DNA of 64,000 bases, from positions 736,001 through 800,000 of the forward strand of contig OZ223209.1 in the NCBI GenBank assembly GCA_965140415.1. The letters are read 5' to 3'. Source of the stretch: Myxococcota bacterium (lineage in GTDB: Bacteria > Myxococcota_A > SURF-8). The notes under the pieces were generated by a model. The model had not been told where the DNA came from. It did not search any database and was given only the letters and a program-made list of their open reading frames with translations. A program made the translations under genes and the position numbers. This document shows positions 38,135-47,330 of this stretch, piece after piece. Each line of letters opens with the position of its first letter. Position 1 is the stretch's first letter.

Positions 38135-38830
38135 CTAACCAAGCACGGCCTGGATGGCGGTTATCCCCAAGGAGACTGCCATTCCAATCATCAGCATGCC
38201 CGCCAATAAATCCGAGAGGCGCCGGTAGCGCCGGGCCAAACTGGCCCCGCCCAATCCCACAAGCAGCAGGGCTGGCAGCGTGCCAAGCCCGAAGACGAAG
38301 ACGCCAAGCGCACCATTGATAATGCTGCCACTGGGTAAGGCGGCGGCAAAGGCGGCATAGCTCAAACCACAAGGCAGAAAGCCGAGCATCAGTCCGAAAC
38401 TGAAGGTGGAAAGTAGACCGGGAGCGCTGAAAAAACGACGCCGAATGTGTTTGAAGCCGGGGATGCGATCCGGTTGAGCTTTACTCAATAACGCCGGTTC
38501 CGGTAGAATGCCTAGGCGGGAGAGTCCGAATAGCAATAGAAACACGGCGGCGAAGAGCGACAGCAGGATTTGTGCACGTGCGATCCATTGCAGGGATGCA
38601 TCCGCCCCGGCGAGGATACGCACTCCCTGGCCCACGCCGCCAAGCAATCCGCCGATAATCGTGTAGGTGATAATCCGACCCGCATGGTATGCGCCATGCG
38701 CCCAGCGCGACGGCTGCCGGCCCGGTATCGCCAGTACCAGCGGTCCGCACATACCGATGCAATGTCCGCTACCCATGAATCCGAGTAGAAACAGCGAAGG
38801 CAGGCTCCATTCGGTTACACTGTTCAGCAC
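38135..38830 (-). CDS. DsbD_2 / TauE-like membrane protein (metal or thiol-redox handling)
   Basis: GSGHCIGMCGP, YHAGRIITY, GFLPCGLSY, FGLGTLP motifs. Confidence 0.9.
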   Translation of the reverse strand: MLNSVTEWSLPSLFLLGFMGSGHCIGMCGPLVLAIPGRQPSRWAHGAYHAGRIITYTIIGGLLGGVGQGVRILAGADASLQWIARAQILLSLFAAVFLLLFGLSRLGILPEPALLSKAQPDRIPGFKHIRRRFFSAPGLLSTFSFGLMLGFLPCGLSYAAFAAALPSGSIINGALGVFVFGLGTLPALLLVGLGGASLARRYRRLSDLLAGMLMIGMAVSLGITAIQAVLG

Positions 38831-39065
38831 GACATCGATCCCTCTTTTGCTTTTTTGGCGTTTCCTTGCGATGTGATTGTCGTTCGTTTGTACTCCCTAC
38901 CCGGGAAATCGTCAAGGATTCGAGCGCCCAAATGAATGAGTGTTTATTGTAACCTATCCGAATCGCTTGACAAAGCCGAATAGATGAACTACCCAAAAAG
39001 GGTAGGGAAAAACTGGAAAATCCGGCGTACGTTTGTCAATGCGTCCAAAAGCAAAGGGGGAAAGC

Positions 39066-39695
39066 ATGCCCAAAGATCGTTTATGGTTCGTCGTGAAAAC
39101 ATCACTGATGAGTGTTCTGTCTCTGCTGCTCTGCTTCTCGCTTGCAATCGCGCAGCAGAAGACGGAAGAAACTTCCAAAGCGCCTTGCCCTCACAAGGCG
39201 TCTGCCGATGCGGCCAAGATTTCCAGCGCCAAGCTGGCTCCCGCTGAAAGCGGTGAGTTTCGCATCTCGGAAGAGGACCGCTGCCCGGTCTGCGCCATGG
39301 TGGTGGCCAAGCATCCCAAGCACGCGGCGGCGATGGTGTTGAAAGACGGTCGTGCCTTTTACTTTTGCGGCAACGGTTGCTTGATCCGCACCTGGCTGCA
39401 TCCGGAGATCTATCTCAATGAAAAAAAGGAGAACGTTTCCAAGCTGTGGGTGCAGGACTATTTCAGCGGCAAGCCGATCGACGCCAAGCTGGCGGTGTGG
39501 GTGGCCGGTTCCGACGTCGTTGGTCCGATGGGTCCGGCGCTTGTGGCGCTAAAAGACGATGCGGCGGCAGACACCTTTACCAAGCGCCACGGCGGCAAGC
39601 GGCGTTTCAAGCTGTCCGAGATGAACGATGAGTTGTTCAAAACCATCACCGGCAAAGATGCCGCCGTCCACAAAGCGCATAAGGCGGCCAAGTGA
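39066..39695 (+). CDS. NosL-family periplasmic metal-binding protein
   Basis: Signal peptide; CPVCAM; FCGNGC; GSDVVGPMG..F..RHGG. Confidence 0.88.
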   Translation: MPKDRLWFVVKTSLMSVLSLLLCFSLAIAQQKTEETSKAPCPHKASADAAKISSAKLAPAESGEFRISEEDRCPVCAMVVAKHPKHAAAMVLKDGRAFYFCGNGCLIRTWLHPEIYLNEKKENVSKLWVQDYFSGKPIDAKLAVWVAGSDVVGPMGPALVALKDDAAADTFTKRHGGKRRFKLSEMNDELFKTITGKDAAVHKAHKAAK

Positions 39696-40012
39696 AAGAT
39701 TCCGCATCGGCACATGACCGGCTGGATGACTCCCGCCTGTTGCTGCGGGTCTTGGGACTCTTGTGTGTAGCCGCGCTTGTAACGTTATTGGCTTTGCCTG
39801 GTTTCGTTTCGCCGTCAGCCAAGCAGACGCAGGCGCTTGGAGACTCGCTGGTGCAGCGGGCTGGGCTGCACTCGCTGGCTTTGTGGCCCGCCGGTCGGGA
39901 GATGCGTCACCCGGAACTGATGAATCCGGCGGTTCCGTTACGACAGCAACGATTTCCCACATTGCCGAACCCGGATAACGCGCGACTGTGGCAGGGGTGG
40001 ACATTGCCATGA
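39692..40012 (+). CDS. Small membrane-anchored hypothetical protein
   Basis: GTGA and ATGA overlaps with both neighbours; one TM; PAGREMRHPE motif. Confidence 0.7.
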   Translation: MKDSASAHDRLDDSRLLLRVLGLLCVAALVTLLALPGFVSPSAKQTQALGDSLVQRAGLHSLALWPAGREMRHPELMNPAVPLRQQRFPTLPNPDNARLWQGWTLP

Positions 40013-41160
40013 GCAGAAATAAATCATTTCTGCTTCTATGGGCGGCGCGTGAACTGTTACGCCGACCGGGTGAGATGCTGCTTTTAATGGCCGTGTTGTT
40101 GGTCGCCGTTACGGTGCTGGCGGTGGCGCTGCTCTCCGTGCATGCGCTGGCCGATACGCAAAACGCCTGGTTGCAGCAAGCGCCAAGCTTGATCGTGCGC
40201 CGCATCGACAACGGCTGGCGACCCATGGCGCAAAAGGAAAGCGTTGCTGCGCTTGCAGCGGTTCCCGGTGTGACTCGCGCCGTGGCGCGTGTATGGGGAG
40301 TGGCTTCCGATCCTGCCGGAAAAGCGGTTACGGTGATCGGCTTGGATGAACAATCCGCGCGTATGTTGGGCGAGCCGTTTTCATTGCCGTCGCCGCAGCC
40401 GGGACAGGCTATCGCTGGCAGCGAATTGGCAAACTATGGACAGGGGAGCGGAATCACGCTTTCCGCCGTGACATCCATACCGGTCACGCTTTCCGCATTT
40501 TTACCCGCTTCCACTGCCGCACTGACGCGCGATTTCGTGCTGCTGCATCCAAAGGACGCCCGCCGCTTGTTGGGCTTGCAGGCGATGGAGGCCAGTGATA
40601 TCGCGGTGTGGGTGTATCACGATTCCGAGCAGGAGGCCATTCGGGCCGATCTGGCCGCTGCGCTTCCCTTCCCGGTTCGCGTGACCACGCGCATCGAAGC
40701 GGGAGACATCTTTTCCACACAGTTATTCCGGCGCGGCAGCTTGTTTGGCATATTGGCCTTACCGATGTTGTTGGCGCTGAGCTTCGTGGTGCTTGGCGTC
40801 GTGCAGCGTCGCCTGGCCGGTCGTTATGAGGCGGGGCTATACAAGACGCTGGGCTGGACGGACGGCGACTTGTTCCGCTTGTATCTGTATCGCGGCCTGC
40901 TACTGGGTGTTCCTGCGTTGCTGTTGGGTCTGGCCCTGGCGGCGTTTGTGGTGTTGGGACCGTTTGCCGATGCAGTGATACCCTGGTTATTCGGAACGGC
41001 TTCAGGCAGCGCGCCGCTTTCCTGTTCGCTAACGTCTGTGCTACTGGTGCTGGTTGAAAGCTCGGCTCTGGTTTTGACGCCGTTTCTTGCGGCCAGCGCC
41101 TGGCCCGGACTCCACGCCGCACTTGGCGATCCCATCGACTTGCTGGCCAGGGAGCAGTAG
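40009..41160 (+). CDS. FtsX/MacB-like ABC permease
   Basis: N-terminal TM, periplasmic domain, RYEAGLYKTLGW, then 3 TMs. Confidence 0.85.
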   Translation: MSRNKSFLLLWAARELLRRPGEMLLLMAVLLVAVTVLAVALLSVHALADTQNAWLQQAPSLIVRRIDNGWRPMAQKESVAALAAVPGVTRAVARVWGVASDPAGKAVTVIGLDEQSARMLGEPFSLPSPQPGQAIAGSELANYGQGSGITLSAVTSIPVTLSAFLPASTAALTRDFVLLHPKDARRLLGLQAMEASDIAVWVYHDSEQEAIRADLAAALPFPVRVTTRIEAGDIFSTQLFRRGSLFGILALPMLLALSFVVLGVVQRRLAGRYEAGLYKTLGWTDGDLFRLYLYRGLLLGVPALLLGLALAAFVVLGPFADAVIPWLFGTASGSAPLSCSLTSVLLVLVESSALVLTPFLAASAWPGLHAALGDPIDLLAREQ

Positions 41161-41161
41161 C

Positions 41162-41878
41162 ATGACGCAGGATATCCATTGCGATAACGTATCTTTATTC
41201 CGCAGCGGCCCGGATGGTGAACGAGCGCTCGTAAACGAGGTTTCCGCTCGGTTCCCGGCGGGATCGCTATGCTTGATTCAGGGGGCGGTCGGTGCGGGGA
41301 AAAGCAGCCTGCTGCATGTCTTGGCCGGTTTGCTCAGGCCGAGTTCCGGCGAGGTGCGCGTCGGTTCGGAAGCGATTTCGCGCTATACCGGTCCCCATCG
41401 CGATCTCTGGCGGCGAAAGGCGGGGATTGTTTTCCAGCAGCTTCACATGTTGGCCGATCTGAGCGTGCAGGAAAATCTACTGCTTCCATTGGTCGTGCGG
41501 GATGTGACGCTGACGCAAGCGCGGGAGCGGGTTGAAAAGCAATTGCAGGCACTGCAACTGGATGCGTTATCGGGGCAGCCGCTGCAATCACTTTCCGGTG
41601 GAGAACGACAGCGGGTAGCCGTGGCGCGCGCTTTAATCGCACAACCGGATTATGTATTCGCCGACGAGCCAAGCGCGCACCAGGACGATAGTGGCGCAGA
41701 ACTGGTATTACAGCAACTCGCCGCCGCACGCGAAAACGGGGCGACGGTGATCCTCGTTTCGCACGATGCACGCCTGCATGACTTCGACGGCATCGATTTC
41801 CGTTTCCAAATGAGAGAGGGCCGCTTGTTTTCCGAAAACGAGCCGGAAGCTTCTGCCGACACTGCGGAACCGTCATGA
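41162..41878 (+). CDS. ABC ATP-binding protein (LolD/FtsE-like)
   Basis: GAVGAGKS, LSGGERQRVAVARAL, ADEP, VSHD. Confidence 0.93.
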   Translation: MTQDIHCDNVSLFRSGPDGERALVNEVSARFPAGSLCLIQGAVGAGKSSLLHVLAGLLRPSSGEVRVGSEAISRYTGPHRDLWRRKAGIVFQQLHMLADLSVQENLLLPLVVRDVTLTQARERVEKQLQALQLDALSGQPLQSLSGGERQRVAVARALIAQPDYVFADEPSAHQDDSGAELVLQQLAAARENGATVILVSHDARLHDFDGIDFRFQMREGRLFSENEPEASADTAEPS

Positions 41879-42912
41879 CCGCGCATCCGCTGCTACTGGG
41901 CATCGCCGTACTGGATTCATTGGCCACGTTGTTGCTGGTGGTCGCTTCCCTTACCTCATTGCGCATTCTGCTGCGCTGGCAGGCCCAATCTTCCACGCGC
42001 CTGCAACTGCGTTTGGAACGCGCCCAGCAAGCCGCGTCATTGGCCACCCGTTCCGCCTGGCTGCTCGTTTTTATAAGCAGCTTGCTGTTGGTCTACGCCA
42101 TTTCCAACGTGCTACCGGGATTGATCGAGGGGGCAATGTGCGGCACCGGCGTGTTGCAGGCCATGCAGGGACTGGGCGAGCGCGCCCTGGCGCTACGAGC
42201 ACTCGCATTACTGGCTCTATTCGGCTGGTCGCTGTGCGACCGCTGCAACCGCAGCCTGCCTGATGCCGCACTTTCGGAGCGATGTTCGCGCTTGCTGTTA
42301 TTGGCATTACCTCTTTTTATCGTGGCATTCTGGACGAGCATGCAGGCGTTGTGGGCGCTGGATGTGCATGAGCCGGTCAGTTGTTGCTCGGTGGTCTACG
42401 ATCAGTTCGATTCCGTGCAACAGGCGCAAAGCAGCGCCGCGATAGCGGATCGCTTTTGGGTGGCGGCGACATTCATCGGTGTGGCGCTACTTTTGATTCT
42501 GGCGTTACTTCAGTTAAAGGCGGGCGTTCGAAAACACGTGACAGCCATTGTGCTGGTGGCAGTCGCCGTTTGCTGGCTGCCCATAGCTTATGTCGCCCTG
42601 GTGCGGGTACTGGCCGCTTATCATTACGGCGTGTTGCAGCACCACTGCCCCTGGTGTCTGTTTCTGCCGGAGCATTACCTGCTCGGCTTTCCATTCTTGC
42701 TGGCGTTTACGCTCGTATTGGCCGAGGCGCTGGCCGCGCCGCTGTTGCTCTCTTTCGCTTCCGCCGATTCGCGCCTGGAGACCTTCGCAGGCAAAAGGCT
42801 GCGGTATGGAATGCTGCGCGTGATTGCAGGATTGCTGCTCTTTGCCGCGCTGGGTGGCTTGCCGCCGCTTGTGTGGAGGTTGATGCACGGCGTGTGGATG
42901 AGCGGGAACTGA
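41875..42912 (+). CDS. Polytopic membrane protein with Cys/His motifs
   Basis: About 8 TMs; GAMCGTG, VSCCS and HHCPWC in loops; ATGA overlap. Confidence 0.85.
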   Translation: MTAHPLLLGIAVLDSLATLLLVVASLTSLRILLRWQAQSSTRLQLRLERAQQAASLATRSAWLLVFISSLLLVYAISNVLPGLIEGAMCGTGVLQAMQGLGERALALRALALLALFGWSLCDRCNRSLPDAALSERCSRLLLLALPLFIVAFWTSMQALWALDVHEPVSCCSVVYDQFDSVQQAQSSAAIADRFWVAATFIGVALLLILALLQLKAGVRKHVTAIVLVAVAVCWLPIAYVALVRVLAAYHYGVLQHHCPWCLFLPEHYLLGFPFLLAFTLVLAEALAAPLLLSFASADSRLETFAGKRLRYGMLRVIAGLLLFAALGGLPPLVWRLMHGVWMSGN

Positions 42913-42958
42913 TCTCTAGGGCGGTAATTGCTCTTTTCCATTCATCGAAAAGTCACGA

Positions 42959-43064
42959 TGTGTCCTGGCTTCACGGAATGGAAAGTCCGGGAGACCGTGT
43001 GAAACTTCAAGAAGACACACCGCCTCCCACCATCCTCCGGATGTTGTGAGACTATAGCCACACA
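42959..43064. repeat. Family A REP doublet, diverged copy A3
   Basis: TCACGGAATGGAAA.TCCGGGAG.CCGTGTG..CACAC shared with A1 and A2; looser similarity over ~42912-43096; between convergent genes. Confidence 0.75.
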
Positions 43065-43101
43065 TTCTTTGAATCAGTGACCAGAAATGATTAATGGGTC
43101 T

Positions 43102-44502
43102 TTAGCGTTTGCTTCGATCTTTTGCCTGGATGCTGAACTGGTCGATCAACATGTCGGTTTCGGAATCGAAGACTTTGAATTCCGCTTCATCGGGACCGAA
43201 ATCGGCCAGAACGATGTGCAGGACCGTTTCCCCAACCACAAGGTTGTCGCCGGGCAGCGCCGTATCCGGTACGATTGCCGTGAGTAGCGCACCCGCGCCG
43301 CCTGTAACCATGTAAGGAATGTTGTCCTGATCGAAGCGTTGATAATCATGATCGTGACCGGTGAGCACCATATCCACCTGCCAGCGCTTCATGACTTCGT
43401 GGATTGCTTCTTTCGGGGATTCGTGGCGGCCATCACCCCAGGAATAGGTGGGACGGTGCCAGGCGCAGAATAAAAAGCGGATGTCACTGTCTTCGGTAAC
43501 GGTTTTACGCAGGCGCTCGTCCAGCCAGGCCAACTGCACCGAACCTTCACCCATGTCTTTTTCCGAATCGAGCACGAAGAAGCGAACGTTTCCGTAGTCA
43601 TAGGTAAAAGCACGTTTACCGGGGTGCTGGCCTTGTCCGTCGATTGTGACCACGCCCGCATCGGGAACGTTGAAAAAGGCGTCGTAGGGAATGCTTTCGC
43701 CGGTGCCCTCATGGTTTCCGGCGATGTGAACCGAGGCCATTTTGGTTAAAACGGGAGAGGATAGCAGGAAATAACTGCCCCGATATTGGGCGATCACGCC
43801 GTTGTGGACAATGTCCCCCAGGTGAAGCATCAGATCGGCGATATGGTTACGCATATGCTGGATCACATTGTAATGCATGTTCGGCAAGCCCTGATTGTCG
43901 CCTACGATCATCATGGAAAAGCGCTCGCCGGGTAGCGGGGCGCTGACGAAAGAACCGCCTTCGAAGTTTTCATATACAACCGGAACCGACCAGGTATTTT
44001 CCACCATTGTGGCGGGAATCTGCGCATTCGGGATGGTGTAATTGTAGCGTGCCTGCGAATCCAAGCCTTGCAAGGTCACACGGTAAAGCCAGCCGTCGTG
44101 TTCTTCGTCGATCTCATCGGATTCGATCTCGATGCGCTGCGGTTGGGGTGCGCAATCCACGGTGTCCAGGTTGCCGTCTTTTCCCCACAGGATGAAAGAG
44201 GGCGCATCGTCCAGGGCTTCCCACTGGATCGTGATTTCGCTGGTGGTCGGATTGATGGGATAGGGAGCGATGGTGTACTGGCGCGCTTCGACCGCCCACG
44301 GATCGAACTCTTCGTTACAGTTGTGGTAGGTAAGGCCAACGCCTTCCGAGCTTTCCAGTTCGCCGGGACTGTCGCCGTCGAGTTCTTCTTCGGTAGCGTC
44401 CAGATCGCCATCGATGATCGTTTCGTCTTGCGAATCGGAGCAACTCCAGCACAGCAGGATTGCAACCATCACGAGTATGGTTCGCCTAACAACAACACGC
44501 AT
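43102..44502 (-). CDS. Lipoprotein metallophosphoesterase (purple-acid-phosphatase-like, FN3-like N-domain)
   Basis: WS-C lipobox-like; GD, HLGDIV, AGNHE, WHRP, GHDHDY motifs. Confidence 0.9.
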   Translation of the reverse strand: MRVVVRRTILVMVAILLCWSCSDSQDETIIDGDLDATEEELDGDSPGELESSEGVGLTYHNCNEEFDPWAVEARQYTIAPYPINPTTSEITIQWEALDDAPSFILWGKDGNLDTVDCAPQPQRIEIESDEIDEEHDGWLYRVTLQGLDSQARYNYTIPNAQIPATMVENTWSVPVVYENFEGGSFVSAPLPGERFSMMIVGDNQGLPNMHYNVIQHMRNHIADLMLHLGDIVHNGVIAQYRGSYFLLSSPVLTKMASVHIAGNHEGTGESIPYDAFFNVPDAGVVTIDGQGQHPGKRAFTYDYGNVRFFVLDSEKDMGEGSVQLAWLDERLRKTVTEDSDIRFLFCAWHRPTYSWGDGRHESPKEAIHEVMKRWQVDMVLTGHDHDYQRFDQDNIPYMVTGGAGALLTAIVPDTALPGDNLVVGETVLHIVLADFGPDEAEFKVFDSETDMLIDQFSIQAKDRSKR

Positions 44503-44758
44503 TCTTTATCTCCATAAAAAATAGAAAAAACGACCTTGAAAGGTCTATCGTACAACTGTCGCTCAGTGGATTGGGTTCGTCAATAAAATCAGTCAGCTTG
44601 ATTGAGAAAAAGTTGTTTTCCGCTGGCCTATTTGGGAGAGGAATCTCTTTTGAAAATCCGTTCCAGGGAGCGTCCCAGGGCGTCGCCCGTGCGCCCGGCG
44701 TAAGGGAATACCAGAATGGCGGCGGTCACGATCAGGCATAAAATCAATTCGGGGGTCG

Positions 44759-45322
44759 TCATGGCTTGGCCTTACCTGGATTGGAGGATCGGTTTCCGGA
44801 AAGCTTGAAGACTTCGGCCTTGATCAGATCGAACTTGGCGCGCATCTCCTTGAAATTCAGATGCCGCCCGATCAACAAGGTCAGTTCTCCATCGAATTGC
44901 TCGCGAACCTGTTTCAGCAGGATCGCCAGCTTTTCCAGCAGGTAGTCGTCGGATAAATGTGAGCCGGGGATGTTCATGACCAGCGAACTGGCGTTTAGTT
45001 TGGCAATCGTGGCGAATAAGCGTTCCACCACACGTACATAGGCCATGTTGTCGAATTCGCGATTAGGCCCCAACCCCCAGATAAGCACCCGCCCGGCGTC
45101 GATGCGATGATCGGGTGTGGTCAGAATCTTTTCGCCGTTTTTACCGGTGATTTCGCCGCTTGTGAGCATCTGCGATAATCGCCCGTTGGCGCGCCAGTCC
45201 ACCAGCCCATTCAAGCCGCGCAGCGGACGTTCGTCCTCGAACAGCGACAGCACCAGCAGATCGCGGTCCAGTCGATCCAGTTCGTCTAGGCTTTCCGGGA
45301 GCAGGCTGATTGCGCTTGGCAT
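44759..45322 (-). CDS. Peptidase M17 N-terminal-like (macro-fold) protein
   Basis: FEDERPLRGLNGLVDWR..GLG; stand-alone, no catalytic domain; downstream of nusB. Confidence 0.75.
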   Translation of the reverse strand: MPSAISLLPESLDELDRLDRDLLVLSLFEDERPLRGLNGLVDWRANGRLSQMLTSGEITGKNGEKILTTPDHRIDAGRVLIWGLGPNREFDNMAYVRVVERLFATIAKLNASSLVMNIPGSHLSDDYLLEKLAILLKQVREQFDGELTLLIGRHLNFKEMRAKFDLIKAEVFKLSGNRSSNPGKAKP

Positions 45323-45326
45323 GCAA

Positions 45327-45758
45327 CTACTCTTTTACGATGCTCTGGGAGATTTTATCGAGTACGCCGTTGATGAAGGAGCCGGAGTCTTCCGACCCGA
45401 ATTTCTTGCCGAGTTCGATGGCTTCGTTGATGGAAACGCGCTTGGGAATGTCTTCGCAATGTTTAAGCTCGTAAACGGCCAGGCGCAGGATGTTTCGATC
45501 CACCAGTGCCATGCGGTTCAGCTTCCAGTTCTTGCTGCTGGTCTGGATTTCGTTGTCGATGCTTTCGCGGTTTTGAAGCACACCGCGCACCAACATATTG
45601 GTGAATTCCTGAACTTCTTCGCGACGCAAGTTGGCCTCGCTTGGAGGTTCGAAATTATCCCAGTATAGGCGCAGCGCCTGCTCGCACTCTACGGGATTGA
45701 CTTCGCACTCATACAACGTTTGGAGTGCACAAATCCTGGAGGTTCTTCTGCTTCCCAT
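45327..45758 (-). CDS. nusB: Transcription antitermination factor
   Basis: RRTSR..ALQTLY; DRNILRLAVYEL; INEAIELGKKFG..FINGVLD. Confidence 0.97.
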   Translation of the reverse strand: MGSRRTSRICALQTLYECEVNPVECEQALRLYWDNFEPPSEANLRREEVQEFTNMLVRGVLQNRESIDNEIQTSSKNWKLNRMALVDRNILRLAVYELKHCEDIPKRVSINEAIELGKKFGSEDSGSFINGVLDKISQSIVKE

Positions 45759-45809
45759 CGGTTTCCATTATGTTTTCAAACAGCCGAGTTTAGTAGCGTT
45801 GGCTATGGC

Positions 45810-46274
45810 CTATAACTGTTTGTAAAGGTTACACATTTCGATAACGGCCATGGCCGTGTCAAAACCCTTGTTCCCCGCTTTGGCGCCCGCCCGGTCGATC
45901 GCCTGATCCACCGTGTCGGTAGTCAGTACGCCGAAGCCGATGGGAATATCGGCTTCCAATGTCAACGCGGCAACGCCTTTGCTGACTTCGGAGGCGACGT
46001 AGTCGAAGTGCGGGGTACCGCCGCGAATGACTGCGCCCAGGCAGATGACGGCATCGAAATTATTCGTTGCGACTACGCGTTTCAGCACGGCGGGAATCTC
46101 GAAAGCGCCGGGAGCGCGAACGATGGTGAGCTGGTCGTCACCGGCTCCATGCCGCATCAGGGCATCTTTGGCTCCATCGAGCAGCTTTTCGGTTACGAAG
46201 CTATTGAAACGTCCTACGATAATGGCGATTTTCAATCCATCCGCCTTGAGTTCGCCTTCGATCACGCGCGCCAT
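45810..46274 (-). CDS. ribH: Lumazine synthase
   Basis: RFNS, PGAFEIP, LGAVIRGGTPHFDYV, RAGAKAGNKG; AAGGAG RBS. Confidence 0.97.
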   Translation of the reverse strand: MARVIEGELKADGLKIAIIVGRFNSFVTEKLLDGAKDALMRHGAGDDQLTIVRAPGAFEIPAVLKRVVATNNFDAVICLGAVIRGGTPHFDYVASEVSKGVAALTLEADIPIGFGVLTTDTVDQAIDRAGAKAGNKGFDTAMAVIEMCNLYKQL

Positions 46275-46409
46275 GTTCACTCCTTGTAGCAGGCAATCCG
46301 TTACATTGCCTCGTACATAGCACTCTTTACTCGGCAAGGCAACACTCTTTTTCATGAGTCAGGGGAATTCAAGGCTGTCATATTCGGGGTTTTATACTAA
46401 ACCGACTTC

Positions 46410-47330
46410 TTACTTTTTAACCGGTTTGGGTTTCACAGGAGGCGTTTTCGGTTTTTTGATGGCTCGGGTGTAGTCCACGCGCGTTCCACCCAATTCTGCC
46501 GGAGAATGATACCCCAGCTGATTGAAGGCCTTCTGAATGGCTGGGCTTTGCAGGAAAACCAGTAGATGTTTCGCGGCCTTGGCGTGTGGACTATCGGCGG
46601 GAATCACGACCGTCAAGGGCAGGTGATTGGTTCTTCGCTGTTGAATTTTCAAGCGAATGCTTAAACCGCTGGTTCGGTAGACGTCGCTACCCAGTACAAA
46701 GGCGGCACCGGCCTTTTTTTCGAACAAGGCTTTCAATGCATCTGCGGATGATGCGGTTCGAATGCCCTTGTTTTCTAACCGCTTATCCAGTTTCCATTTT
46801 GATAACAAGGAGTTAACCAGTTCGCCGGAAGGCGTGTCCGGGCGGGCGAAAGCCGGACCAAGTAGCGCCGGCTGCAATAGATGCAGCGGATGGGTGATCG
46901 TCAGTGGGTCATCTTTGCGTGTAACCAATAGAATCTGATCGTAGGCGATTTCAACAGGAGCCTGTTGCAGGGTAATACTCTCCAGAATATCGTCGAGTTC
47001 CTTATGCCCTAATATCACCGCGACATCGAGTGGAGGATCGCCTAAAAAAAGCTGTCGTCGATGAAAACGGTCGGTGGCCATCAGCGTGATCGAAGGTGCA
47101 TCGGGGCGCTCGCGGTAGGAGGTCAACAGGATTTTAAAGAGATCTTCCAATTCGTGATCGACTACAAGCTGCAACGGCTCATCGAAAACTTCCGTTTCCC
47201 GATCGCCGCGACAATCCTGGCAACCGCCTAAAAACAACAGATGGAGCGTCCCAAGAGCCAACAGGAAAATACTTGCCGGTGACAAGCTGGAAAACGAATG
47301 GTTTGTATGACCTATCTGGCGAGCTGGCAT
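46410..47330 (-). CDS. Divergent ModA-like substrate-binding lipoprotein
   Basis: LGG-C; P..PSG, AFVLGSD, FLQSPAIQKAFNQLGY resemble the ModA C-lobe; start uncertain. Confidence 0.65.
   Translation of the reverse strand: MPARQIGHTNHSFSSLSPASIFLLALGTLHLLFLGGCQDCRGDRETEVFDEPLQLVVDHELEDLFKILLTSYRERPDAPSITLMATDRFHRRQLFLGDPPLDVAVILGHKELDDILESITLQQAPVEIAYDQILLVTRKDDPLTITHPLHLLQPALLGPAFARPDTPSGELVNSLLSKWKLDKRLENKGIRTASSADALKALFEKKAGAAFVLGSDVYRTSGLSIRLKIQQRRTNHLPLTVVIPADSPHAKAAKHLLVFLQSPAIQKAFNQLGYHSPAELGGTRVDYTRAIKKPKTPPVKPKPVKK

Noticed and set aside
39066-39695. Nitrous oxide reductase (nos) cluster
   Set aside because: Only a NosL-family gene is present, and the ABC system is FtsX/LolD-type, not NosDFY
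6517-43064. Replication-linked orientation bias of the repeats
   Set aside because: Three of three in each family is too few to be significant, and a lone B-like end at 23495 is inverted
44664-44705. CCAGGG repeats as a REP or ncRNA
   Set aside because: The palindrome is too degenerate and there is no second copy in the window
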